A model generated the notes under the pieces. The model searched no databases. It had not been told where the DNA came from and saw only the letters and a program-made list of their open reading frames with translations. Below, piece by piece: positions 45,911-54,483 of a stretch of 64,000 nt of DNA; position 1 is the stretch's first letter, and every line of letters begins with the position of its first letter. The DNA comes from Candidatus Doudnabacteria bacterium RIFCSPHIGHO2_12_FULL_48_16 (lineage in GTDB: Bacteria > Patescibacteriota > Doudnabacteria > UBA920 > O2-02-FULL-48-8), in assembly GCA_001780035.1 (NCBI GenBank), contig MFEY01000004.1, forward strand, positions 81,405 through 145,404. The letters run 5' to 3'. Both the position numbers and the translations under genes were made by a program.

Positions 45911-48900
45911 CTATTCTAATTTTAGAGATATCTTCTTGCCATCCACGTCAATTTCCGTCCCGCCGGATTCTTTCACCATCTTCGAAATATACTTCTTTTT
46001 GGTATCAATCAACTCCATTGCTGCGGCTAAATCCGAGTCATCTGTATTATAACTCAATGTTACCGGTTGCCCAACTTTAAACCCGAGCTTTTTGCGCATT
46101 TCCTGCACCGCGCGGGTAAGTTCCGCTGCCAGGCCTTCCTGCTTGAGTTCTGAAGTAATGTTTAGATCAAATTCCAGCTTGTCCCCTGCTTTGACGGCTT
46201 TGACGTTCAATTCGTCCGCGAGAATTTCTTCAAACTCTTGGGCCAGTTGCTTGCCTGAATAACCAAACGAATTCAACGGCTGGCGCAGTTTGATGTTCGC
46301 CGCCTTGCGCAAAGAGTGCCCCTGCTCCACCAGATCCCGCACCATTTGCATTTGATTCAAGACTGCTGTTTGATCTGGGGTCAATTCCAATTGCTCCGGC
46401 CATTTGGCCAAGTGAACCGATGGCACTTCCAGACGGCGGTTAAGATTTTGATATATCAGTTCTCCGAGATAAGGCATGGTCGGGGCGATAACTTTGGCCA
46501 ATGTCAGCAGGGCGTGGCGCAAGGTGCCAAAAAAATGAGCATCTTTGCGGCCGCGACTTCTGCGCAGATACCAAGTTGATAATTCATTGATGTAATTTTC
46601 AATCGCGCGCGTGGCTTTAACCGTATTGTAACCATCGAGCTGATCGGTAACTTCATTCACAAGCTCTTGAGTTTTGGCCACGATCCAAAGATCAAGAACT
46701 GATTTGAAATTTGAAATTTGAAATTTGAAATTTTTCTCAGGTTCCCAACCCGCCTCGTTGGCATAAGTCACGAAGTAATTAAACACATTCCATAGGATCA
46801 AAATATTCTTGCGGTAAATTATGCCCAATTCCCGTTCGCTGAAATTCAAATCCTCGGCCTGCATGACCGGCGAATTCATCAGGTAAAACCGCAGGGCGTC
46901 GACCCCGTATTTTTCGATCATCAGCCACGGATCCGGATAATTGCGCTTGGATTTGCTCATCTTCGCCCCATCCTCAGCCAGGATCGTGCCAGTGGTCAGG
47001 ATATTTTCAAATGGCGCAGAATTGAACAAAATCTGGGCCATGACATGCATGACGTAAAACCAGGCCCGGGTTTGGGGCAAGTATTCCACGACAAACTGCC
47101 CGGGAAACCGGCTCTTAAAAATTTCTCCTTGGGCGAACGGATAGTGATATTCGGCAAACGGCATGGAACCGGCTTCAAACCAGGAGTCAAAAATTTCGCT
47201 GATGCGATGGGCCGGCTGGCCACATTCTTTGCATTTGATCACAACTTCATCAATATATGGCCGATGCAAATCCAGAATGCTGACATCAATCTCATAAATC
47301 TTATCAGTGTGGTTATTCGGATTCTCCTGTTCCGAGCCATAATGCTCCAACAACACCCATAAGGGGTCGCCGTGACCCACGACCACTATGCGTTTGCCTT
47401 CGTATTTTTGATTAATTTCATTCACGAACGCCACCATTCGCTGTTGCACCTGGGTCAGCGTTTCGCCGCCTTCCGGCGCTTCTTTCCAAATATCATGATG
47501 CGCAATATAATCATAAAATTCTGAGACCGGCCGATTGTCATAAATGCCGGTGTCGTATTCACGCAAGCGGGCATCTGTCATTACCGGAGCCCCTAAGTGC
47601 TTACCGATAATTTCGGCGGTGGATTTGGTGCGTAAAAAATCCGAGGAAAAAATTAAATCGACGCCACCTCTGTCTTTGAGGCCTTGGGTGACTTTTTCAG
47701 CATTCTCGAATCCCTTGTCCGTCAAAGGGTATTTATCCGTTTCGAGTTTAGTGCTACTGACCCGCAATGTATTTTTGGTGGATTGTCCATGGCGCACAAA
47801 ATAAAACGTATTTCGGTTCAGACCAAGATCTTTGATGGATCCCACTACATTCACATGTCCGACTTCGCACTTCCAGACCGGAATCGGATTGCCCCAGTAG
47901 CGGTTGCGGGAAATATTCCAGTCCGGCGCGGCTTCCACGGATTTCTGGTAGCGGCCATGCTTAAGATGGTCAGGATACCAGTTCATCTGCGCCTCGTTGG
48001 TGCGCAACAAATCCGGTTTCACTTTCTGCACATTTACAAACCAGGCCGGAATGGCATTGTAGAACAGCGCCGTGCCGCAACGCCAGCAGTGCGGATACGA
48101 GTGCTGGTGCTGCTGTTTGGCAAACATCAATCCCCTGGCTTCCAAATCTTTCTTGATTGTTTTTTCCGCCGCTTTGAAATACTGACCCCGGATCAAACTT
48201 GGCGCGTTATCGTTAAAAATGCCTTTTTCGTCCAAAAGCGGGACAACCGGCAGGCCTTCTTTAAGCCCCAAATTGTAATCGTCTTCGCCATAAACCACAG
48301 CCGTGTGCACCACGCCGGTGCCATCTTCAATATTAACAAAATCCGCGGCGTAGACTTTGTAAGATTTGTCCGAGTGAACCGCCGGCACGTCGAACAGGGG
48401 CTCATAGGAGAGACCGACAAGTTCTGAACCCTTAAACGGAAAATCGAGAATCGAGAATCGAGAATCGGGGTGCAATTTCATGAGATCGTTCACCCGATCT
48501 TTAGCCAAGAGATAAACCTCCTGATTCATTTTTACCTTCACATAATCAATATCCTTACCAACGGCGAGAGCTACGTTACCGGGTAGAGTCCATGGTGTTG
48601 TGGTCCAAGCCAATATAAAAGTATTAACGAATTTCGGATTACGAATTGCGAATTTTACGGTCACCGCTTCTTCCGTCACATCCCGGTAGCTATTATCCAT
48701 AGCAACCTCAAAGTTGGACACCGGCGTTTCGCAGCGCGGGCAATACAGCAGCACCTTGCGGCCTTCGTAAATCAAACCCTGCTCGTAAACCTGTTTGAAC
48801 GCCCACCAAACGGATTCCATATAATCCCGATCCATGGTCTTGTAGGAATTGTCGAACTCCACCCAGCGCGCGATCCGCCGGATGGTTTTGCGCCACTCGG

Positions 48901-49285
48901 CGACATACATCAGCACCATACTGCGGCAGGTTTCGTTGAATTTCTTGATGCCCAACTGTTCGATCTGCTTTTTGCCGGAAATTTTGAGTTCGCGTTCGAC
49001 AATTTCTTCGATCGGCAGGCCGTGGCAATCCCAGCCCCAGCGCCGCCGGACAAACCGGCCCTGCATCGTCTGATAGCGCGGGATTGCGTCTTTGACGACC
49101 GACGGCAAAATGCTACCGTAGTGCGGCAGGCCGGTGGCAAACGGTGGGCCATCATAAAAAGTATAAGGTTTCCCTTGTTTGGTTTGCTCCAGGGATTTCT
49201 GAAAAATCTGGTTGTCCTCCCAAAACTTCAGTATCTCTTCTTCCAGTTTCGGAAAATCTGGCTTTGGTTGTATTGGGTTAAACAT
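45911..49285 (-). CDS. ileS: isoleucyl-tRNA synthetase, carrying an inserted histidine-phosphatase (PGM-like) domain and several short-repeat insertions
   Basis: HIGH-type motif PPFATGLPHYGSIL, KMSKS, and an anticodon-binding C-terminus. The segment of about 176 aa from FYFVRHGQS to VVVGHGDP (residues about 493-668) matches GpmB/SixA-type histidine phosphatases. Confidence 0.9.
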   Translation of the reverse strand: MFNPIQPKPDFPKLEEEILKFWEDNQIFQKSLEQTKQGKPYTFYDGPPFATGLPHYGSILPSVVKDAIPRYQTMQGRFVRRRWGWDCHGLPIEEIVERELKISGKKQIEQLGIKKFNETCRSMVLMYVAEWRKTIRRIARWVEFDNSYKTMDRDYMESVWWAFKQVYEQGLIYEGRKVLLYCPRCETPVSNFEVAMDNSYRDVTEEAVTVKFAIRNPKFVNTFILAWTTTPWTLPGNVALAVGKDIDYVKVKMNQEVYLLAKDRVNDLMKLHPDSRFSILDFPFKGSELVGLSYEPLFDVPAVHSDKSYKVYAADFVNIEDGTGVVHTAVVYGEDDYNLGLKEGLPVVPLLDEKGIFNDNAPSLIRGQYFKAAEKTIKKDLEARGLMFAKQQHQHSYPHCWRCGTALFYNAIPAWFVNVQKVKPDLLRTNEAQMNWYPDHLKHGRYQKSVEAAPDWNISRNRYWGNPIPVWKCEVGHVNVVGSIKDLGLNRNTFYFVRHGQSTKNTLRVSSTKLETDKYPLTDKGFENAEKVTQGLKDRGGVDLIFSSDFLRTKSTAEIIGKHLGAPVMTDARLREYDTGIYDNRPVSEFYDYIAHHDIWKEAPEGGETLTQVQQRMVAFVNEINQKYEGKRIVVVGHGDPLWVLLEHYGSEQENPNNHTDKIYEIDVSILDLHRPYIDEVVIKCKECGQPAHRISEIFDSWFEAGSMPFAEYHYPFAQGEIFKSRFPGQFVVEYLPQTRAWFYVMHVMAQILFNSAPFENILTTGTILAEDGAKMSKSKRNYPDPWLMIEKYGVDALRFYLMNSPVMQAEDLNFSERELGIIYRKNILILWNVFNYFVTYANEAGWEPEKNFKFQISNFKSVLDLWIVAKTQELVNEVTDQLDGYNTVKATRAIENYINELSTWYLRRSRGRKDAHFFGTLRHALLTLAKVIAPTMPYLGELIYQNLNRRLEVPSVHLAKWPEQLELTPDQTAVLNQMQMVRDLVEQGHSLRKAANIKLRQPLNSFGYSGKQLAQEFEEILADELNVKAVKAGDKLEFDLNITSELKQEGLAAELTRAVQEMRKKLGFKVGQPVTLSYNTDDSDLAAAMELIDTKKKYISKMVKESGGTEIDVDGKKISLKLE

Positions 49286-49299
49286 GAGTTTGGCTTTAT

Positions 49300-49410
49300 C
49301 TATAACTCCCTCGCTAACGCTGTATCTGACGCACCCCCTCTTACATTAAGAGGGGGTAAGACAGCATCTGCCCCTCCCCTTAATGTAAGGGGAGGCTGGG
49401 AGGGGTTATA
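49300..49410. repeat. TIR-flanked double-hairpin element, family A copy 1
   Basis: TATAACTCCC...CCCCCTCTTAcatTAAGAGGGGG...CCCCTTAatgTAAGGGG...GGGAGGGGTTATA. It lies in the ileS leader. Confidence 0.7.
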
Positions 49411-49608
49411 ATTCTTAGTTAAAAAATAAAAACAAATAAAAGCCTTGTTGTTTTGCGATCCCTTCCGCCGGCTGGCGGAGGGAGGTACCATCGCAATTCC
49501 TTTTGGCTCTTAATTCTGCTCTTTACGCCGAGCGCGCGGTAGGCTTCGCATCCGGTTGATAGCCGGCATCGCCTTTAACCTCCATATTATAGCAAATTGG
49601 CCAAAATT

Positions 49609-49636
49609 AAACACCCCACATGGGTGCGGGGTGTTT
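49609..49636 (-). terminator. Rho-independent terminator
   Basis: Minus sense reads AACACCCCGCACCCATGTGGGGTGTT followed by TAATTTT. Confidence 0.5.
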
Positions 49637-49649
49637 AAAATCTTATATA

Positions 49650-50405
49650 TTACGATTGGGCAAAAGCGGCCTTCAAATTTTGCCGGGCGGTTTCCAGAGC
49701 GGCCTTGAATGCCTGGTTGGCATCCCGCACCGCCTGGTTGCGGGTTTGGGTCAAATTCTTAATTTGCCCACCCAGCTTGTCCAGGTCTTTGTTGGCCTGC
49801 TGAAATTTATCTTTCGCCGCCTGCTGGGCGCTCATAAGTGTCCGGCGCACGGTGGCGGGATCAACCGAAGCGGCGCAATCGGTTTTGGCTTTGGCCATAG
49901 CCGCCGCAACATCGGCCTTAAACGTGGTGGCATTGGCTTTGATGGCATCCTGCCGTTTGGTAACCAGACTTTCCTGACTGGTGCGGAAATCCGCCATCGC
50001 TTTATCGACGGCGGCTTTGCGCACCTCTTGCGCGGCCGCAACGGCAGCCCTAAACGCGGCTAGGGCCGAGAGCTGCGCCTCGGTCAGAGCGTCGGATTCC
50101 AAATCGGAAAGGCGTTCATCCAAATCGGCTTTGGCCTGGTCGCGTTTTTCCTGAACCTGTTTCACACGACTCTCTTTGCGCTCCTTAAGCTGATTGAACA
50201 CCTCCGTTCGCTTACTGCCCCGATCCTGATCGACTTTGACCAGTTTGGAATTGACTTCACCGGTAACGTTGGCAATCCGGGTGCAGAAATTTTTGGCATC
50301 CGAAGCTGGGGCGGTCGGTTTGTCTTCGCGGGCCAGGCCCAGCGCCGGGGTCAGAATGAATCCCAGGGTCGCCAGAATCAAACTGAAATTTTTAATAGTT
50401 CGCAT
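49650..50405 (-). CDS. secreted coiled-coil protein
   Basis: Signal peptide (MRTIKNFSLILATLGFILTPALGLA), then an Ala/Lys/Gln-rich helical sequence. Confidence 0.4.
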   Translation of the reverse strand: MRTIKNFSLILATLGFILTPALGLAREDKPTAPASDAKNFCTRIANVTGEVNSKLVKVDQDRGSKRTEVFNQLKERKESRVKQVQEKRDQAKADLDERLSDLESDALTEAQLSALAAFRAAVAAAQEVRKAAVDKAMADFRTSQESLVTKRQDAIKANATTFKADVAAAMAKAKTDCAASVDPATVRRTLMSAQQAAKDKFQQANKDLDKLGGQIKNLTQTRNQAVRDANQAFKAALETARQNLKAAFAQS

Positions 50406-50640
50406 TGGTCGCTCCTTCATAGTCGTTAACGATCGTCTGGTCGGAATTTATGACATCGTCATCGGACTGTAAATTAACTGCTTCTTCGCTATCCACGCTC
50501 GCATTAAGGTTGCTGACCGCGGCGTCCACCCGGCTCGCCGAGTTGGATTCCGTGGAATTGCCGGTGCTGGCTTGGTTGCCGGCATTGCAGGCGGCCGCCA
50601 GCAGCATTAACCCGGCGGTTAAAAACAGAATTTTTTTCAT
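50392..50640 (-). CDS. small lipoprotein-like secreted protein
   Basis: MKKILFLTAGLMLLAAAC lipobox. Confidence 0.4.
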   Translation of the reverse strand: MKKILFLTAGLMLLAAACNAGNQASTGNSTESNSASRVDAAVSNLNASVDSEEAVNLQSDDDVINSDQTIVNDYEGATNANY

Positions 50641-50702
50641 AAATCTCTAGTTAATGACATTTCAATTATATCACATAATGAAACGGCCTAACGGCAGCAA
50701 TG

Positions 50703-50987
50703 TTACATCCCGCACCTTTTTGCTTGGAGAATACTGTTTTCGAGTCTGATCTTAAGTTCACTTAAGCCCTTACCGTGATGTTTAAGTTTCTTTTCTCTGG
50801 CTGCCGCATCATCCACCGAAAGGTATGCTTCGTAATAAATTAAGTGCCAGGGACCAAACTTACTAGTGAATCCGTTCTGGCCAGAGTTATGTTCAAATAT
50901 CCTTCTGTCCAAATCGTTAGTGATACCAACATAAAATTTTCTTTTCGCGGATGGTTCCAGATTATACAGAATATATGTATAGTACAT
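50703..50987 (-). CDS. GIY-YIG nuclease family protein (UPF0213-like)
   Basis: YYTYILYNLEPSAKRKFYVGITNDLDRRIFEHN...AAAREKKLK. Confidence 0.7.
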   Translation of the reverse strand: MYYTYILYNLEPSAKRKFYVGITNDLDRRIFEHNSGQNGFTSKFGPWHLIYYEAYLSVDDAAAREKKLKHHGKGLSELKIRLENSILQAKRCGM

Positions 50988-51005
50988 CGCAAAAAAAGTG
51001 CGGGA

Positions 51006-52652
51006 TTACATTTCCTCGAGGGCTTGAATCCCCAATAACTCCAAGCCTTTGCCCAGTGTATTTTTGGCTTTGGCAATCAAAGCCAGGCGGAAATTTTTTA
51101 CAGTTTGGTCTTTTTCGGACAGAATATGGCTTTCGTGGTAAAACTTGTTGATCAAACCGGCCAAATTATACAGATAATTGGCCAGGATATTGGGCAGATA
51201 ATCCGCCAGGGTATCGTCAACAATTTCGGACAGGATAGAAAGCTTAAACAAAAGCTCCCTTTCGGTATTTGAAATTTGGGATTTGGGATTTATTTGAAAT
51301 TTGGGATTTGTAATTTGAGATTTCTTCAATATGCTAGAGAGTCTAGCATAGGCATATTGCAAATACGGGCCACTGTTCCCTTCGAAATCCAAAACTTCTT
51401 CCCAGCTAAACTCAATGTCACTGTGACGGTTGTGTTTGAGGATAAAATATTTCAACGCGCCTTTGGTCACGGCCTTAATTACACCTTGTTTATCCTTTAA
51501 ATCCGGATTTTTCTCCGCAATGACTTGCGCCACTTTTTCTTCGGCCTGAGCAATTACATCCAAAGCCAAAATCATATTCCCCTTACGGGTCGAGAGCGCT
51601 TCACCTTTGAAACTGACAAAGCCATAATCAATATGCGCGCCTTCTCCCTCTTCGATTTTTTCCATTCGGTGCAGGATGGCAAACAGCTGCTTATAATGAT
51701 GCGACTGCCGGTTATCGACAACATATAAGTGTTTTTTGAATCCCTCTTTTTGCGCAAATATAAAGGTTGCCAAATCGCGTAATAAATAAGTCGTGCCACC
51801 GTCAGATTTCACAATCACAGCTATTCCAAGTTTCTGTTGTTCAAGATTAACAATCCTCGCTCCCCGCTCTCCGGTTTGCAAAATATCCTTGCTTTCAAGT
51901 TCGGTAAGCACCCCGGGCATTTTGTCTTCGTAAAAACTTTCCGGCCAGTGATGATCAAACGGCAAGATATCCATCAGTTGATTGATCTGCAAAAACTGCT
52001 TCACGCTGTCCTCGACCAAGTCCTGCCAGATTTTTCGATTCTCCTGATCACCCTGTTCCAATTTCACGAACTCTTGCTTCGCTGACTCGTGAATCGACGG
52101 ATCTTTTTCTGCCTCTTGGTTAAGTTGAGCGTAGATTTTCTCGTTCACTTTGCCGAATTTTTTGACAGCCAAAATCAAAAATCCAAATTGCGTGCCCCAA
52201 TCCCCCATATGGGTATCGGATTCCACTTTTTCTCCAACAAACAGCAACATGCGCTTGATTGCATCGCCAATAACCGCAGTTTCCAAATGGCCGATATGAA
52301 GAGGCTTGGCAATGTTGGGCTGGAAGTATTCGAGGAGGATCTTCTCCGAGCGCTGAGGGTTGAGCGCTGAGGGTTGAGTTAACAACTCGTTGTTCTTTAA
52401 GCGAAAATTGATAAATCCCGGCCCGGCTATTTCCACAGTTTCAAACATAGCCTTATCCATTTTCTCAATCAAATTTTTGGCCACATCCTGCGGTTTTTGC
52501 TTTGACAATTTGGCCCAAACCAACGCGGCATTGGTGGCATAATCGCCAAACTTCGCATCCGGATATGTCAGATCAAAGTTAAATTCGGCTGACGCTGGTC
52601 CCATCGCCGTCTGGATGATTTGTTTGATCTTTTCGCGCATTAGCATGAGCAT
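51006..52652 (-). CDS. argS: arginyl-tRNA synthetase
   Basis: HIGH motif PNIAKPLHIGHL, a DALR anticodon-binding C-terminus, and an in-frame low-complexity insertion KKSQITNPKFQINPKSQISNT. The start was placed at an internal Met because the annotated N-terminus overlaps repeat A2. Confidence 0.85.
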   Translation of the reverse strand: MLMLMREKIKQIIQTAMGPASAEFNFDLTYPDAKFGDYATNAALVWAKLSKQKPQDVAKNLIEKMDKAMFETVEIAGPGFINFRLKNNELLTQPSALNPQRSEKILLEYFQPNIAKPLHIGHLETAVIGDAIKRMLLFVGEKVESDTHMGDWGTQFGFLILAVKKFGKVNEKIYAQLNQEAEKDPSIHESAKQEFVKLEQGDQENRKIWQDLVEDSVKQFLQINQLMDILPFDHHWPESFYEDKMPGVLTELESKDILQTGERGARIVNLEQQKLGIAVIVKSDGGTTYLLRDLATFIFAQKEGFKKHLYVVDNRQSHHYKQLFAILHRMEKIEEGEGAHIDYGFVSFKGEALSTRKGNMILALDVIAQAEEKVAQVIAEKNPDLKDKQGVIKAVTKGALKYFILKHNRHSDIEFSWEEVLDFEGNSGPYLQYAYARLSSILKKSQITNPKFQINPKSQISNTERELLFKLSILSEIVDDTLADYLPNILANYLYNLAGLINKFYHESHILSEKDQTVKNFRLALIAKAKNTLGKGLELLGIQALEEM

Positions 52653-52685
52653 AGTATATCTGATAAAATTAACGCAGACAATAAT

Positions 52686-52792
52686 TATAACTCCCCCGCG
52701 AACTCTCAGTTGACGCACCCCCTCTTACATTAAGAGGGGGTGGAGTAGCGGCTGCTCTCCCCTTAATGTAAGGGGAGGGTGGGAGGGGTTAT
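52686..52792. repeat. TIR-flanked double-hairpin element, family A copy 2
   Basis: Same architecture as 49300-49410. It lies between the argS start and smpB. Confidence 0.7.
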
Positions 52793-52803
52793 TTTTCCTC
52801 CCT

Positions 52804-53253
52804 ATGCCTTCCCTCGCCAACAACCGCAAAGCTTTCCATGATTACTCGATCGAATCCACGCTCGAGGCCGGCTTGGTCTTGGCCGGCCATGAAGTCAAAA
52901 GCATCCGCAACGGGCAGGTCTCGCTCAATGGCGCCTATGTCACGATCCGCCTGGGCGAAGCCTGGCTGCGCAATGCGTATATTGGCAAATACAAACAAGC
53001 CTCGGGCCTGGAGGGCATCGATGAATCCCGCGAACGAAAGCTGCTCCTCAATAAACACGAGATCATTAAACTGCAGGATCTGCTCAAATCCAAAGGCTTA
53101 ACTCTGGTGCCGCTGGAAATTTACACATCCAAGGGGCGGCTGAAATTAAAAATCGGCGTCGGAAGAGGCAAAAAGCAATTCGACAAGCGCGAATCGATAA
53201 AGAAGAAAGAACTTAAAAGAGGCTTGGATAGAAAGATGAGGACGCGGGTATAA
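52804..53253 (+). CDS. smpB: SsrA-binding protein SmpB
   Basis: NRKAFHDYSIE...AGLVLAGHEVKSIRNGQVSLNGAYV. Confidence 0.9.
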   Translation: MPSLANNRKAFHDYSIESTLEAGLVLAGHEVKSIRNGQVSLNGAYVTIRLGEAWLRNAYIGKYKQASGLEGIDESRERKLLLNKHEIIKLQDLLKSKGLTLVPLEIYTSKGRLKLKIGVGRGKKQFDKRESIKKKELKRGLDRKMRTRV

Positions 53254-53727
53254 CTACCTCTCTGTCGGCTTCGCCGACATCTCTCCTGGAAGGAGAGATG
53301 AACTGCAGGTTAATTAAATATATGAAACTGCTTGAAAATTTAATTTTGGGTTCCCGGAGTTTAAGAAAAAACCAAACGCCTTGGGAAAATAAACTTTGGT
53401 ATAATCTCAGAGCCAAAAGATTTAAAGGATACCGTTTCCGAAGACAATTTGTTATTGGTTACTATATAGTTGACTTTTGCTGCTTTGAAAAGAAACTAAT
53501 TATAGAATTAGATGGGGGCCAACACAACGAAGAACAAACTCAACTAAATGATAAAGAAAGAACCGAATTTCTGAAATCACAAGGCTTCAAAGTAATAAGA
53601 TTTTGGAACAATGATATTCAAAAAAATCTCCCGGAAGTTTTAGAAACTATATTAGATAACTTGAAATAAAAAAATCCCCTCCCCTTCCAGGGGAGGGTGG
53701 CGCGAAGCGCCGGGTGGGGTAGTTATT
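53250..53727 (+). mobile_element. TIR-bounded element of about 478 bp carrying a DUF559 endonuclease gene (family B head, gene, family C tail)
   Basis: TATAACTACCTCTCTG (left) and GGGGTAGTTAT (right) are inverted repeats. A gene-less B+C version sits at 54316-54429. The element's first bases overlap the smpB stop codon. Confidence 0.5.
53322..53669 (+). CDS. DUF559 endonuclease-domain protein (Vsr/restriction-endonuclease-like fold)
   Basis: LRKNQTPWENKLWYNLRAKRFKGYRFRRQFVIGYYIVDFCC...IELDGGQHNEE. An alternative start lies at 53298, inside the repeat. Confidence 0.65.
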   Translation: MKLLENLILGSRSLRKNQTPWENKLWYNLRAKRFKGYRFRRQFVIGYYIVDFCCFEKKLIIELDGGQHNEEQTQLNDKERTEFLKSQGFKVIRFWNNDIQKNLPEVLETILDNLK

Positions 53728-53730
53728 ATT

Positions 53731-53757
53731 CTGGTGGAGCTGGGGAGAATTGCACTC
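53731..53757. repeat. 27-bp exact direct repeat of the tmRNA 3' end (the second copy, 53886-53912, is part of ssrA)
   Basis: CTGGTGGAGCTGGGGAGAATTGCACTC occurs identically twice, 128 bp apart. Confidence 0.8.
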
Positions 53758-53886
53758 GTTCGCGCTTATGCGCTCACCTCGGGGCAGCGCCGAAAGCTAT
53801 TAATACGCTTTCGTCGACGCTCGACTTCGGCTGATGCCTCGTCTCGCTTCTGCCCGGAGTGCAATCAATGTGCTTTATTAAATTCC

Positions 53887-54271
53887 TGGTGGAGCTGGGG
53901 AGAATTGCACTCCCGTCCAAAAATTTTTGGCAAACACGTCTACAAGCTTAGACCGCTTTATGGTGTCCCCCAAGCAATAGAAGCGGACCAAAGCTGCTTG
54001 AGGTGAGCTCTAAGTGTCTTTTGGCTGTCGAGCACCGGCCAAAATGAGTCCGGATAATATAACACCTGTGATCCGCGCACAGACTTTACGGAGCAGATGG
54101 GTTATCGCTTAATTAAGCAACAGCCAGAGCAGGAGAGAATGCAAAAGCATTCTTAATTCTGCTTACCAATGAATTGGCATTTATGATTTGCCTTATTTTT
54201 TTAACCGAGAAATTAGGCTAATCGGACTTGCGGTATCTGTCAAAGAACTCTTGTCGAAGCTTAGCAGCCCC
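53887..54271 (-). ncRNA. ssrA: tmRNA (ssrA)
   Basis: Minus-strand 5' end GGGGCUGCUAAGCUUCGACAAGAG and 3' end GGACGGGAGUGCAAUUCUCCCCAGCUCCACCA (T-arm plus acceptor with a G3-U pair). An internal tag-like ORF ends ...SPALAVA-UAA. It is adjacent to smpB. Confidence 0.75.
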
Positions 54272-54281
54272 TCGTCAAAGC

Positions 54282-54310
54282 ATTTTAGCATAATATAAGA
54301 GTATTTTCAA
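54282..54310 (-). promoter_or_regulatory. candidate ssrA promoter TTGAAA-17-TAAAAT
   Basis: Located about 10 nt upstream of the mature tmRNA 5' end. Confidence 0.35.
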
Positions 54311-54315
54311 GCTTT

Positions 54316-54429
54316 TTAATTACCTCTCTGTCGGCTTCGCCGACATCTCTCCTGGAAGGAGAGAATAAACTGCTGATTTGCCCTCCCCTTCCAGGGGAAG
54401 GTGCCGCGAAGCGGCGGGAGGGTAGTTAC
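54316..54429. repeat. gene-less B+C double-hairpin element (a MITE-like derivative of the 53250-53727 element)
   Basis: The family B hairpins (GTCGGCttcgGCCGAC, TCTCTCCtggaaGGAGAGA) and the family C hairpins (CCCTCCCCTtccAGGGGAAGG, GCCGCGAAGCGGC) are directly joined, flanked by ...TTAATTACCTC and GGTAGTTAC. Confidence 0.65.
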
Positions 54430-54483
54430 TCTTTACAAAAACTGTATTTTCCTCTATAATTACTGCGTATTAAACATAAACCG

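Noticed and set aside
46702-46734. CRISPR array candidate (GAAATTTG tandem repeats, also 48441-48469 and 51268-51327)
   Set aside because: The units are 7-8 nt with no spacers, and they lie inside coding sequence. No cas genes are present.
47684-48427. 247-aa plus-strand ORF inside ileS
   Set aside because: It is antisense to a well-supported aminoacyl-tRNA synthetase gene.
49286-49650. Possible T-box riboswitch in the ileS leader (GGAGGGAGGTACCATCGC resembles the T-box AGGGTGGTACCGCG motif)
   Set aside because: The motif is on the plus strand, whereas ileS is transcribed from the minus strand. No specifier or antiterminator architecture is discernible. It is more likely part of the hairpin-element-rich leader.
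53734-54006. 90-aa plus-strand ORF between the DUF559 gene and infC
   Set aside because: It overlaps the tmRNA gene and its duplicated 3' end. The Cys/Arg-rich translation is typical of structured-RNA antisense.
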